Below, in pieces: positions 28,463 through 38,587 of a stretch of DNA of 64,000 nucleotides. The DNA lies in contig CAYXHF010000004.1 in the NCBI GenBank assembly GCA_964464815.1, positions 2,483 to 66,482 on the forward strand. The letters run 5' to 3'. Each line of letters starts with the position of its first letter. The stretch's first letter is position 1. The notes below the pieces were generated by a model that ran no database searches, was not told the origin of the DNA, and saw only the letters and a program-made list of their open reading frames with translations. The translations under genes and the position numbers were made by a program. The DNA comes from an uncultured Faecalibacterium sp. (GTDB taxonomy: Bacteria; Bacillota; Clostridia; Christensenellales; Aristaeellaceae).

Positions 28463-31363
28463 TCACTCCTTTCCAGCGCCGTTCCAGGTGTCCTGTGTGG
28501 ACAGGCCGAATTCTTCGCGCTTCTTCGTCAGTTCGCGGTCAATATCGCGGATGTTGAGGTACAGGGTTTCACGCGGGTTGCTCAAATCGGCCACAACGTC
28601 CTCAAACGCATAGCCAATCATGCGCGTGTTCATGTAGTAGCCCGGCACAGCAGGCATGCTCCACAGGTGGTCAAACTGGCTCAGCAGCTGGCGCAGCTCG
28701 TCATTGCTCCACGGCAGCTGGCGAATCACGTTCGGGTCGGCCGCCGGATAGCGCGCCGCCGTGCCCATGATGGCCTCCAGTGTGTTGGCGTAGGACAGCT
28801 GCGTTTCGGTGCTGTTCCACCACTTGACGAATTCCCAGGCCGCGTCCTTGTCGTCCGCGCCCTTCATGATGACGCTCTGCACCGTGTCACAGACGTAGGT
28901 GTTGTCAAGCGTGCCGTCTTCCTTTTCCGTACCAAGGAAGGGGGCAAAGCTCCACAGGCCCTTGATTTCCGGCGCGAAAATTTCCAGCGTGCAGAACATG
29001 GTGTAGTCCGTCACACCGATGGGCATTTCGCCCGTGCGGAAGCGGTTGGCAAAGTCCGCCTGCACGTCCAGACCATGGACGGTGAACAGGTCCGTATACC
29101 ACTTGAACGCCTCCATGGCCTCATCGTTGTAGAGTGCGGAGGCCACGCCGTAGTCGTCCCCTTCACCCAGATAGATGTCGCCACCGTTCTGATACACCAT
29201 GGCGCTATACACATTCAGACCCGTCGCCACACGCGTGGAGGGCATGTAGCATGCATAGTTTTCACGGCTCAGAACAGGAATCATTTCCATCAGCTCTGTC
29301 CACGTGGACGGCACGGACAGACCCAGCTCATCCAGAATGTCCTTGCGATAGAAGACCATCTGGAACGTCACCTGCTCCGGAATACCCCATGTGCCTTCCT
29401 GATATTCGCAGGCACGCAGCACGCCCTCCGGATACCGGCTGACGCACTCGTCAAAGCCTTCCATCTGGCTCAGCTCCACCGTCGCGCCACGCATGGCGAA
29501 GTCCTGGCTCGTCGCCTGGCTCAGGCCAATCACGACGTCCGGGCCGTTGCCTGCCAATGCCGCACGCAGCACCACATCCGTGGGAATCAGCTGTAGCTTG
29601 ACGCTGATATCCGTGTTGGGCGAGAAGGTTTCATCAATCATGTTCTGAATCATCTGCGCCTGTTCGCGGCCAGCAGAAGCCATCCAGACCGTGATGGTGC
29701 GTGCCTTGCCCGTATCATCGGACACCACGCTGGACGTGGAATGGAAGAAGGTCGCAATAAAGCGGCGGAAGCCCATGACAATGCCGTCAAACCAGTTTTC
29801 CTGCGCCGGCGGGAGCGTATCCACACCGCCCGAAATGGACAGGCTGTCCAGCTCCAGCGGCATGGTGGAGACATTCACCATCCACGTGCCCAGGGCAGAA
29901 ATGTTGTTCTTGAGCTGCGACAATTCGCCCACGATTTCTTCCGGCTCGCGCGCCAGCTTCTGGGCTTCAATGGCCATCTTTTCCAGCAGGGCCGTGTTTT
30001 CGCCCTTTTCACCGGTAATGGCCACCATCTCGTCCACCATCGCAAAGAGGCGTTCGCTCTCCGCCGTCATGGTATCAACGAAATCCGGAATCTTCTTGGC
30101 AACCTCGTAGTCGATGAACTGGCTCGGCGTCTGGCCGGTCAGCTGCACGGTGCGCAGATAGAGGTTGTTCAGCGTTTGCAGGGATTCCTCCACCTGGCTC
30201 ACCACGCCGCCAACGCTACCCAGCACGCATTCCAGCGAAATCTCGTTTTCACCCTTGTTCAGGTAGATGTAGTACGGCGTACCATCCGCCTGCGCCACGG
30301 TGTAATGCTGCATCGCGCTGGCATACTGGAACGCCAGCACCTCCGCCTCGGCAAAGGGCACTTCGCCATTGACCTTGAGGCGGCGATAGCTCGTCACGCC
30401 GCGCGACGCCTGACGACCCTTGAAGGACAGCACGTAGAGGCCATCCTCCGGCGCGGTAATGCGCCACGTGATTTCATCACCCGGCTGCGCCCAGTTGTCC
30501 GCACCAATCGTGGAATACAGGATGTGCCAGGGATGATAGGGCACCAGGGCGCTGTCAGAATAGTTCTTCTGAATCGTGATGGACGGCGAGGACTTCAAAA
30601 TGTCCACCGTGCCGCCTTCGCGACGCTCCGCCTGACAGACAACCGGTTCGCCCTGATAGACCGCACCCTGCTGCTGCCATGCCGCCAAAACCTCAGCATA
30701 CGGCGCAGCCTTTTCTGCCGCACCGAAGGTCAGCTCTGTAATTTCCATCGGTTCCTTGACCGACACAAAGGACAGCGTGTGTTCACCCGCAGAAAGGTAG
30801 AAAATCAGCGGCGCGCCACTGCGGCGGTTGTAGTCCTCCAGCCAAACCTTCTGCTCCTGATACACTTCCGTCGCGTTGGGGCGAATTTCGTTTTCATTCT
30901 TCAAACGAATCTCTTCATCCGTCCAAATGCGCTTGAAAACAATCTGCGTCATGGCTTCATACGACGCCTCGCCATCCAGCAGCACCTTGCGCTGAATGTC
31001 GGAGGTCGTACCCGGCAGGGCAATATAACCCACATGCAGGTTATAGAAGCCTTCCGTTTCGACCGTAAACGTCCAGTCGATGCGGCCATCATCGCCCGTC
31101 AGCACACCATCCTGACCATTTTCCGCCACCATGCCGTCCTGCGCAGTCCAGGCCGTCACGTCCAGCGTGATGGTTTGATCAGACAGTGCATCTGCATAGC
31201 CGGTTTTGTCCAGATAGGTCTGATAGCTTTCCTCACGTGCCGCCACCGAGCTACCCGCCGGTGTTGCCGACATATGCTCATTTCCGCCCAGCAGCAGCAG
31301 GCACAGCACTGCAATGATGACCACCACCGCAGCAATCAGGATTGCCTTCGTCTTCTTTGACAC
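28463..31363 (-). CDS. 966-aa membrane-anchored protein: CBM-like modules, a helical linker and a C-terminal family-1 solute-binding domain
   Basis: N-terminal TM segment (AILIAAVVVIIAVLCLLLLGG). Two roughly 150-aa beta-rich segments with similar patterns (GFYNLHVGY... / GLYVLSFKG...). The C-terminal ~430 aa resemble sugar SBPs (TITVWMASAGREQAQ..., WGIPEQVTFQMVFYRKD). Confidence 0.8.
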   Translation of the reverse strand: MSKKTKAILIAAVVVIIAVLCLLLLGGNEHMSATPAGSSVAAREESYQTYLDKTGYADALSDQTITLDVTAWTAQDGMVAENGQDGVLTGDDGRIDWTFTVETEGFYNLHVGYIALPGTTSDIQRKVLLDGEASYEAMTQIVFKRIWTDEEIRLKNENEIRPNATEVYQEQKVWLEDYNRRSGAPLIFYLSAGEHTLSFVSVKEPMEITELTFGAAEKAAPYAEVLAAWQQQGAVYQGEPVVCQAERREGGTVDILKSSPSITIQKNYSDSALVPYHPWHILYSTIGADNWAQPGDEITWRITAPEDGLYVLSFKGRQASRGVTSYRRLKVNGEVPFAEAEVLAFQYASAMQHYTVAQADGTPYYIYLNKGENEISLECVLGSVGGVVSQVEESLQTLNNLYLRTVQLTGQTPSQFIDYEVAKKIPDFVDTMTAESERLFAMVDEMVAITGEKGENTALLEKMAIEAQKLAREPEEIVGELSQLKNNISALGTWMVNVSTMPLELDSLSISGGVDTLPPAQENWFDGIVMGFRRFIATFFHSTSSVVSDDTGKARTITVWMASAGREQAQMIQNMIDETFSPNTDISVKLQLIPTDVVLRAALAGNGPDVVIGLSQATSQDFAMRGATVELSQMEGFDECVSRYPEGVLRACEYQEGTWGIPEQVTFQMVFYRKDILDELGLSVPSTWTELMEMIPVLSRENYACYMPSTRVATGLNVYSAMVYQNGGDIYLGEGDDYGVASALYNDEAMEAFKWYTDLFTVHGLDVQADFANRFRTGEMPIGVTDYTMFCTLEIFAPEIKGLWSFAPFLGTEKEDGTLDNTYVCDTVQSVIMKGADDKDAAWEFVKWWNSTETQLSYANTLEAIMGTAARYPAADPNVIRQLPWSNDELRQLLSQFDHLWSMPAVPGYYMNTRMIGYAFEDVVADLSNPRETLYLNIRDIDRELTKKREEFGLSTQDTWNGAGKE

Positions 31364-31494
31364 GGAATCACCCCTTCAGATCAGTGTATCAGAGCCAGCG
31401 CAACTGGCTCTCCTCATCAGGAAGCAAATAGCTCCCCATACAGCCTGTGCCGCTCCATTGATATTGCTATCCAGCTTGACAAACGTATAATAAG

Positions 31495-31545
31495 CGAAAA
31501 AGAAAGCGGGCGTCGGTCAGGCTATTGGCCCGTGAAACGCCCGCC
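31495..31545 (-). terminator. possible intrinsic terminator after the 662-aa SBP gene
   Basis: On the minus strand: GCGGGCGT, ~24-nt loop, ACGCCCGC, followed by TTTCTTTTTCG. The loop is long, so confidence is moderate. Confidence 0.4.
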
Positions 31546-31617
31546 GGATTACCGGGGATTCATGCTTCCGGCTGTCCCGCAAGGCAGGAGGCAGCCGGAA
31601 GCCCTTGTTTCAGAGGA

Positions 31618-33606
31618 TTACTCGGCGACGACAGTCACGGTCACGTCGGCGGTAGCGGTGTTGCCCGCATAGTCCGTCACGGTCAGCGTCACATTATATT
31701 CGCCAGGCGTCGTGGTGTCCAGCTCGGACAGGTCGGCGGTCACGTTATCCTTCAGATTCAGACCAGCCGCATCCGTTGCGGTCTCCACATAGTCGTTGGC
31801 CCAGTTGATGGTGGCGGTATCCGCATCCATCGCAACCGTGGGCAGCTCAGCCTTCAGGGTCAGGGTCGGCGCAACCGTGTTGGCGGGATCGTACACAACG
31901 ACCTTCACCTTCGCGCTGCCTTCGTTGCCAGCCTTGTCCGCGAAGATACCCTTGAGGTTGTATTCGCCAACCGTCGCGGTATCCACGTCGGTCAGACGAT
32001 AGGTGGCCATCGCGGGATCCAGCACGCCGTCAAAGCCGTCCTTGGCGCTGAAGTAGGGCGTGAAGTCCACGGTGTTGATGTCGGTGCCCAGGGGCAGCAC
32101 GACGGTGCCGTTGGTGGAAACTTCGGGAGCCTGGTTGTCCACGATCTCGCTGGAGCCCAGGATGGCTTCCATCTTGGTCATGGTAGAGGCGAACTCGCTG
32201 ATGTTGGCAGCGATGGCCACTTCATAGGAAGCCATGCCGTCCACACCGTAGAAGCCCTTGCCCAGAATCTTGTCCCACGGATCGCGCATGCCCAGCAGGT
32301 TCGCGAAGTCGTTCGGGACGCACTTCTCGGCGTTGAAGATGAAAGCATTCAGGATGCCTTCGCCGTAGGTTTCGTTCAGGATATCCAGACCATAGGTGTT
32401 CATGGCTTCGTTTTCAGACATGACGGCCTTGTACGCGTCCATGCTTTCAACGCCAGCCTTGAGGCTGTAGTAGGTTTCCCAGTACAGACGGAAGGATTCC
32501 ATGGCCAGACGAGCCTTATCCTCGTCAATGCCCTTCAGCACGCCCCAGATATCGCCGACGGAGACGACCTGACGATATTCGTCAGAATCCTTCGCAACGT
32601 CGTCAGGACGCGGCCAGGGCATCAGCGCCACGGACTCGCCGCGCGCGGTGCAAGCGTCAACCTGGCCCTTCACGTGCCAGTTCGGGCATTCCGCGAAAAC
32701 CGTCGCGCCACGGCCGAAGTCGTAGCCGGATTCGCACCACTGGGGCGTATAACCATCGTCATACACACCGCAGTCCACCATCAGGCCCTTTTCACGCAGG
32801 GAGCGGATGAAAGCAACCGCCTCGATGGTTTCTTCGGAGTCAACCTGCAGGCCCTTCGCGCCGTAGATCGCGCCGCCGTTGGAGTACACAGCAGACAGCG
32901 TGGCGAAGCGGTGGTCGGTTTCATACGCCTGAACAGTGGAAACCTTCGCGCCGTCGGGAGCAGGCGTGTTGGCGTAGTACGCCTGAATCTTGGCCAGGTA
33001 GTCTTCAAAGACGCTCCAGGTCCACTTGTCCTGCGCCAGCAGGTCAGTGGGGTAAATGGTGTTGCCGTTTTCGTCCTTGAGGGAATCAACCTTCTCGATC
33101 ATGGTCATGTTGACCAGCAGCGGGAAGTACTGATTGAAGGAAACGTTGCTGTTGATAAAGTAGTTGTGACCAAACACCTTATCGGGCAGCATCCAGTCAG
33201 CGCCTTCAAACACGTCAGCGTAGGCATCCAGCGGCTGCAGGATGTTCTGCGCCAGAACGGTGTATTCAGAGCCGTTCCACATCAGGGCCACGTCGCAAAC
33301 CGGATTGCCAGCCAGCACGCTCAGCACCAGCTCAGAGCGGGTGTCCTGTGCATACTGCACGTATTCGATCTGCACGTTGTACTTTTCCAGGACAGCCTTT
33401 TCTGCTTCGATGCGCAGCAGACGGTCATCCTCATTGCTCATGCAATATTCGCCCGTGGTTTCATTGATCTTGTGGGGATCCAGGCCATCGGCCCAGTGCG
33501 TGCCCCAACGAATCACGATCGGTTCGCTGGTGGTTTCGGCGGCCGCCAGGCTCACCATGGAGCACAGCATCGCCAACGCCAGGAACAGGGCAGTCAACTT
33601 CTTCAT
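31618..33606 (-). CDS. secreted solute-binding-like protein with C-terminal tandem Ig-like domains
   Basis: Signal peptide MKKLTALFLALAMLCSMVSLAAA. SBP-like body. The last ~170 aa form two repeats ending ...GEYNLKGIFADKAGNEGSAKVKVVVYD and ...GEYNVTLTVTDYAGNTATADVTVTVV (Big/DUF5011-like). Confidence 0.75.
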   Translation of the reverse strand: MKKLTALFLALAMLCSMVSLAAAETTSEPIVIRWGTHWADGLDPHKINETTGEYCMSNEDDRLLRIEAEKAVLEKYNVQIEYVQYAQDTRSELVLSVLAGNPVCDVALMWNGSEYTVLAQNILQPLDAYADVFEGADWMLPDKVFGHNYFINSNVSFNQYFPLLVNMTMIEKVDSLKDENGNTIYPTDLLAQDKWTWSVFEDYLAKIQAYYANTPAPDGAKVSTVQAYETDHRFATLSAVYSNGGAIYGAKGLQVDSEETIEAVAFIRSLREKGLMVDCGVYDDGYTPQWCESGYDFGRGATVFAECPNWHVKGQVDACTARGESVALMPWPRPDDVAKDSDEYRQVVSVGDIWGVLKGIDEDKARLAMESFRLYWETYYSLKAGVESMDAYKAVMSENEAMNTYGLDILNETYGEGILNAFIFNAEKCVPNDFANLLGMRDPWDKILGKGFYGVDGMASYEVAIAANISEFASTMTKMEAILGSSEIVDNQAPEVSTNGTVVLPLGTDINTVDFTPYFSAKDGFDGVLDPAMATYRLTDVDTATVGEYNLKGIFADKAGNEGSAKVKVVVYDPANTVAPTLTLKAELPTVAMDADTATINWANDYVETATDAAGLNLKDNVTADLSELDTTTPGEYNVTLTVTDYAGNTATADVTVTVVAE

Positions 33607-33738
33607 ACGGAAAACGACCTCCTTCTTCTACAGCATTTTCCTAACCCATTCAGGAAAATCGCTGCTGGGCAAAAGAGCAAGCGGCCCGCTTTGCTTCTCA
33701 GCAATCAGGCCACGCTTTTTTGCCCTTCTGTGAATATT

Positions 33739-33767
33739 ATATTAACGTGATTTGTCCGATTTGTCAA
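33739..33767 (-). promoter_or_regulatory. candidate sigma-A promoter of the 662-aa SBP gene
   Basis: On the minus strand: TTGACA (33767-33762), 17-nt spacer, TAATAT (33744-33739). A second TTGACA sits immediately upstream (33773-33768). Inverted repeat GATTTG-N7-CAAATC overlaps the -35 region. Confidence 0.45.
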
Positions 33768-33954
33768 TGTCAAATCTGGATATAGTAGCACTTTTACCAA
33801 ACCTAAAACGTTTGAGAAGTCATTTCGGTGTGTTTTTCGGCATTTTGCGACAAAAAAGCCACCGAAACAAACAGCTTTTTGGATGCATTGCCGAAAGCGG
33901 TTTCAAAAAATCTGAAATTTTCCTTTTTCCTGTGAAAAATTGGCATGTAACCTT

Positions 33955-34010
33955 GCAAAAAGCGCCTCCCATCCACGACATTTTCGTAAATGGGAGGCGA
34001 AATTTTTTTA
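33955..34010. terminator. bidirectional intrinsic terminator after the activase-fusion gene
   Basis: CGCCTCCCAT, 17-nt loop, ATGGGAGGCG, flanked by an A-run and a T-run (CTTTTTGC on the minus strand). Confidence 0.7.
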
Positions 34011-34024
34011 CTTTCAGGCTTGCG

Positions 34025-37000
34025 TTATTCCTGCTCCAGCTGCTTTCTGGCGGCCGAGAGCATCAGCTTGACGCGGTTGAGCTGGTTGACCTCGCTTGCG
34101 CCAGGGTCAAAGTCCACCGCGCAGATATTGGCCTGCGGATAGTGCCTGCGCAGCTGCTTGATGACACCCTTGCCCACCACATGGTTGGGCAGGCACGCAA
34201 AGGGCTGAATGCAGACGATATTCGGCACGCCCGTGAGCAGCAGCTCGGCCATTTCACCGGTCAGGAACCAGCCCTCGCCATACTGATTGCCCAGCGACAG
34301 GAACGGCTGCGCCAGGTCAGCAATCTGCTCAATGGGCATGGGCGCTTCAAAGCGTTTGGACTTTTCCAGTGCCTTCAGGGCCGGATGACGCAGGGCACGA
34401 ATCGCCTTCACGCCCAGCACAGCACCAGCCTCGCTCGTCCACGGCTTGCCCAGCGATTCATGCTTGAACTTGCCGTTGTAGACGGAGTAGTTCATGAAGT
34501 CCATCAGGTCAGGCACGACTGCCTCCGCGCCTTCCTCTTCCAGCAGTTCCACCAGATGGTTGTTCGCCACCGGCATGTACTTGACCAGAATTTCGCCCAC
34601 GATGCCCACACGCGGCTTCTTGACATCCTCGTGAATCGGCAGGGTATCGAAGTCCTTCACCAGCTGCTGGCAGAGGTCGCTATAGCGGCCATGACCATTC
34701 ACCAGGTGGTCAATGCACTTCTCCGACCAGCGGTCAGCCAGGTCATTGGCGCTACCCTTGGTCACTTCATACGGGCGCACACGGTACAGGCAGCGCATCA
34801 GCAAATCGCCCAGCACCACCGCCTGTGCCGCACCCATGAGCAGCGGCAGCGTGAAGTGGAAGCCTTCGTTCGTTTCCAGACCGCCCGCATTGATGGAAAT
34901 GACCGGGATGTGGCCAAGTCCTGCCTTCTCCAGGGCGCGGCGGATAAAGCCCACGTAGTTGCTGGCGCGGCAGCAGCCACCGGTCTGCGTCATGGCCAGG
35001 GCCAGACGATCCGTGTCGTACTTGCCGGACAAGACCTCCTCCATCATCTGACCCACCGTAATGATGGACGGATAGCAGGCGTCATTGTTGACAAATTTCA
35101 AGCCCGTGTCGATGGCCGAGCGGGAATCGTTTTCCAGCATGACCACATGATAGCCATACTTCTCCATCACCGGCTGCAACAGGCGGAAATGAATCGGCGA
35201 CATGTTGGGCGCCAGAATCGTGTAGCCCTGCTTCTGCATATCGCGGGTATACTCCACGCGGTGATACGTTGCAGGAATCGGATGCGCCGTGATGCCGCGC
35301 TTTTCGCGCTGCGCCATGGCCGCCAGCAGGGAACGCACACGGATGCGCGCCGCACCCAGCGAGTTCACCTCGTCAATCTTAATCAGCGTATAGAGCTTGC
35401 CGCAGCGCTCCATAATTTCCGCCACCTGATCGGTCGTCACAGCGTCCAGACCGCAGCCGAAGGAGTTGAGCTGAATCAGCTCCAGATCGTCCCGCTGGCT
35501 GACAAACTGCGCCGCCAGATACAGGCGCGTGTGGTACACCCACTGGTCCATCACGCGCAGCGGATGGCTGCCCGTAAAGGATGCGGGAATGCTATCCTCA
35601 GTCAGCACCGCCAGGCCGTAGGAGGCAATCAATTCCGGCATGCCGTGGTTGATTTCCGGGTCCACATGGTAGGGACGACCTGCCAGCACAATGCCCTTGC
35701 GATGATTTTCCTTCATCCAGAGCAGTGCCTTCTGGCCCTCGGCACGAACGTCCGTCTTGGCGCAGAGCTGTTCCTCCCAGCCCGCATGGACGGCCGCACG
35801 GACTTCCTTTTCCGGAATGCGGTACGTCTGGCGGAAGAAGCGCACCAGCGTATCGGCCGCCGTCTTCTCATCCGTCAGCGCCAGGAAGGGCTTGAGCATG
35901 CGCACGCGGCCTTCCGTCACGTCCTCGACATTGTTGGCGATGTTTTCCGGATTGGCGGCCACCATCGGGCAGTTGAAGTGATTCTGCGCCTGTGCATCCT
36001 CCTGGCGTTCATAGAAGACGCTGGGATAGAAAATCGTGCCGACGCCTTCATCAATCAGCCACTGCACATGGCCATGCGCCATTTTGGCCGGATAGCATTC
36101 GCTCTCCGACGGAATGGACTCCATGCCCTTTTCGTAAATCGCCCGGCTGGATGCAGGAGAGACGATGACGCGGAACTTCAGCTTCGTCAGCAGCGTCATC
36201 CAGAAGGGGAAGTTTTCGTACATATTCAGCACGCGCGGAATGCCCAGCACACCACGCGTCGCCTCTTCCTCCGCCAGCGGCTGATAGTCAAAGAGGCGCT
36301 TGAGCTTATACGCCATGACATTGGGCGCTTTTTCGCCCTTGACGGCCTGACCCAGACCCTTTTCACAGCGGTTGCCGGTGATGTGGCGGCGTCCACCGGG
36401 GAAGAGGCTGACCGTCAGCATGCAATGGTTCGTGCAGCCCTGACAACGAGCCGTGCGCGTCTGCCATTGCAGGGCCAGAATTTCTTCCAGCGGCAGGGTC
36501 GAGGAGACGGCATCGGGATTGCTCTGTGCCTTTTCGCGGGCAATCAGCGCCGCGCCAAAGGCACCCATCATGCCGGAAATATCCGGGCAGGAGGCTTCCA
36601 CGCCCGTCAGCTGCTCAAAGGCACGCAGAACGGCTTTGTTATGGAAGGTACCGCCCTGCACCACGATGTGTTCGCCCAATTCCTTGGGGTCGGCCAGCTT
36701 AATGACCTTGAACAGCGCGTTCTTGATAACCGAGCAGGCCAAGCCGGCGCTGATGTCCTGAATGGATGCGCCCTGCTTCTGTGCCTGCTTGACATTGGAA
36801 TTCATGAAGACCGTGCAGCGCGTACCCAAATCGACCGGCTGCTTGGCAAAAAGTGCCTCAGCGGCAAAGCCCTCGGCGGTATAGCCCATGGAGTTTGCAA
36901 AGTTTTCCAGGAAGCTGCCGCAGCCGGAGGAGCAGGCTTCGTTGAGCAGGATGGTGTCCACCGAGCCATTTTTCAGCTTGATGCACTTCATGTCCTGACC

Positions 37001-38299
37001 ACCGATGTCCAGCACGCAATCGACCTTGGGGTCGAAGAAGGCCGCGGCGGTGCAGTGCGCAATCGTCTCCACCTCGCCATCATCGAGCCGGAAAGCGGAT
37101 TTGAGCAGGCTTTCGCCATAGCCCGTGGAGCAGGAGCGTGCGATTCGCGCCGTTTTGGGCATCTGCTCCATCAATTCGCGCATGGCCTGGCGCGCCGTGT
37201 CAATCGGACTGCCGGAATTGCCCGCGTAGAAGCTGTAGAGCAATTCGCCGTCTTCGCCAATCAGTGCCACCTTCGTTGTGGTTGAACCGGCGTCAATGCC
37301 CAGATAGCAGCGGCCGTTGTACGTCGCCAAATCGCCACGCTGCACCTTCGCCTTTTCGTGACGATGCAGGAAATCCGCATATTCGTCATGATTACGGAAC
37401 AGCGGCGGCAGGTGCTTGAGCCCAAAGGTCAGCATCACGCCCTGCTGCAAGCGTTCCAGCAGGCTATCCATCGGCACAGCCTCGCCCTGCGTGTCCTGCA
37501 TGGCGGCCATGGCCGCGCCCGTGGCGGCAAAGAGGTGCGAATTCTTGGGCACAATCGCCGTTTCGTCCGTCAGATGCAGCGTGCGCACAAACGCCGCGCG
37601 CAGCTCCGACAGGAAGTGCAGCGGGCCACCCAGGAAGGCCACATGGCCGCGAATCGGCTTGCCGCACGCCAGACCGGAAATCGTCTGATTCACGACCGCC
37701 TGGAAAATGGAGGCCGCCAGGTCTTCTCGTGCCGCACCTTCGTTGATCAGCGGCTGGATGTCACTCTTGGCGAACACGCCACAGCGCGCCGCAATCGGAT
37801 ACAGCTCATGATAATTCTTCGCCAGCTCATTCAGACCCGGCGCATCCGTTTTCAGCAGTGCCGCCATCTGGTCAATAAACGAACCCGTGCCACCGGCGCA
37901 AACGCCATTCATGCGCTCCTCCAGGCCACCGGTGAAATAAATAATCTTGGCATCCTCGCCGCCCAATTCAATGGCGACGTCCGTCTGCGGAGCGACCTTT
38001 TGCAGCGTTTCCGCCACGGCCACAACCTCCTGCACGAAGCCCACATGCAGCGCCTCGGCCAGCGAAATTGCGCCCGAACCCGTCATCTGTACCTTCACGC
38101 GGCATGCACCCAGCTTTTCGCGCGCCTCCCGCATCATTTCGGCCAGCGTTTCCTGCGTGTGTGCGCAGTGACGGCGATATTCGCCCCACACCATTTCTCC
38201 CGCTTCATTCAGCAGCACCAGCTTGACGGTGGTAGACCCGATGTCAATGCCCGCGTAATAAAAAGAGGAATTCTGTTCCATTTGCAGTACCTCACCCAT
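34025..38299 (-). CDS. 1424-aa fusion: two BcrAD/BadFG-type activase ATPase modules plus 2-hydroxyacyl-CoA dehydratase-related domains
   Basis: Two ASKHA ATPase starts (YAGIDIGSTTVKLVLL and YLGIDAGSTTTKVALI). Cys-rich cluster region. Long C-terminal DUF2229/dehydratase-like region. Confidence 0.8.
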   Translation of the reverse strand: MGEVLQMEQNSSFYYAGIDIGSTTVKLVLLNEAGEMVWGEYRRHCAHTQETLAEMMREAREKLGACRVKVQMTGSGAISLAEALHVGFVQEVVAVAETLQKVAPQTDVAIELGGEDAKIIYFTGGLEERMNGVCAGGTGSFIDQMAALLKTDAPGLNELAKNYHELYPIAARCGVFAKSDIQPLINEGAAREDLAASIFQAVVNQTISGLACGKPIRGHVAFLGGPLHFLSELRAAFVRTLHLTDETAIVPKNSHLFAATGAAMAAMQDTQGEAVPMDSLLERLQQGVMLTFGLKHLPPLFRNHDEYADFLHRHEKAKVQRGDLATYNGRCYLGIDAGSTTTKVALIGEDGELLYSFYAGNSGSPIDTARQAMRELMEQMPKTARIARSCSTGYGESLLKSAFRLDDGEVETIAHCTAAAFFDPKVDCVLDIGGQDMKCIKLKNGSVDTILLNEACSSGCGSFLENFANSMGYTAEGFAAEALFAKQPVDLGTRCTVFMNSNVKQAQKQGASIQDISAGLACSVIKNALFKVIKLADPKELGEHIVVQGGTFHNKAVLRAFEQLTGVEASCPDISGMMGAFGAALIAREKAQSNPDAVSSTLPLEEILALQWQTRTARCQGCTNHCMLTVSLFPGGRRHITGNRCEKGLGQAVKGEKAPNVMAYKLKRLFDYQPLAEEEATRGVLGIPRVLNMYENFPFWMTLLTKLKFRVIVSPASSRAIYEKGMESIPSESECYPAKMAHGHVQWLIDEGVGTIFYPSVFYERQEDAQAQNHFNCPMVAANPENIANNVEDVTEGRVRMLKPFLALTDEKTAADTLVRFFRQTYRIPEKEVRAAVHAGWEEQLCAKTDVRAEGQKALLWMKENHRKGIVLAGRPYHVDPEINHGMPELIASYGLAVLTEDSIPASFTGSHPLRVMDQWVYHTRLYLAAQFVSQRDDLELIQLNSFGCGLDAVTTDQVAEIMERCGKLYTLIKIDEVNSLGAARIRVRSLLAAMAQREKRGITAHPIPATYHRVEYTRDMQKQGYTILAPNMSPIHFRLLQPVMEKYGYHVVMLENDSRSAIDTGLKFVNNDACYPSIITVGQMMEEVLSGKYDTDRLALAMTQTGGCCRASNYVGFIRRALEKAGLGHIPVISINAGGLETNEGFHFTLPLLMGAAQAVVLGDLLMRCLYRVRPYEVTKGSANDLADRWSEKCIDHLVNGHGRYSDLCQQLVKDFDTLPIHEDVKKPRVGIVGEILVKYMPVANNHLVELLEEEGAEAVVPDLMDFMNYSVYNGKFKHESLGKPWTSEAGAVLGVKAIRALRHPALKALEKSKRFEAPMPIEQIADLAQPFLSLGNQYGEGWFLTGEMAELLLTGVPNIVCIQPFACLPNHVVGKGVIKQLRRHYPQANICAVDFDPGASEVNQLNRVKLMLSAARKQLEQE

Positions 38300-38587
38300 T
38301 CAGCCCGACCCATTCGCCACCATCGAAAAAGGGCAGACTGTTCATCTTTGTTGACCCTGCTGTCCACAAGGGGGGACAGAGTTTCAAATGGTTACAATTC
38401 GCCGCAAAAGTGAAAAATTCCTCTTGTTTTTTCATCAAAAATATCGAAAATTCCTGCATTTTTGTTTCCTTTGCGATTTGGTTGTCTTCTCATTAGAAAA
38501 CGACATTCCCTGTTTCGCCCTTTTTCCTGCTTTTCCTGCACGAAAAAAGAAATTGTGACGAGTGCCAGAAAGATTCCGCTTTTCACC

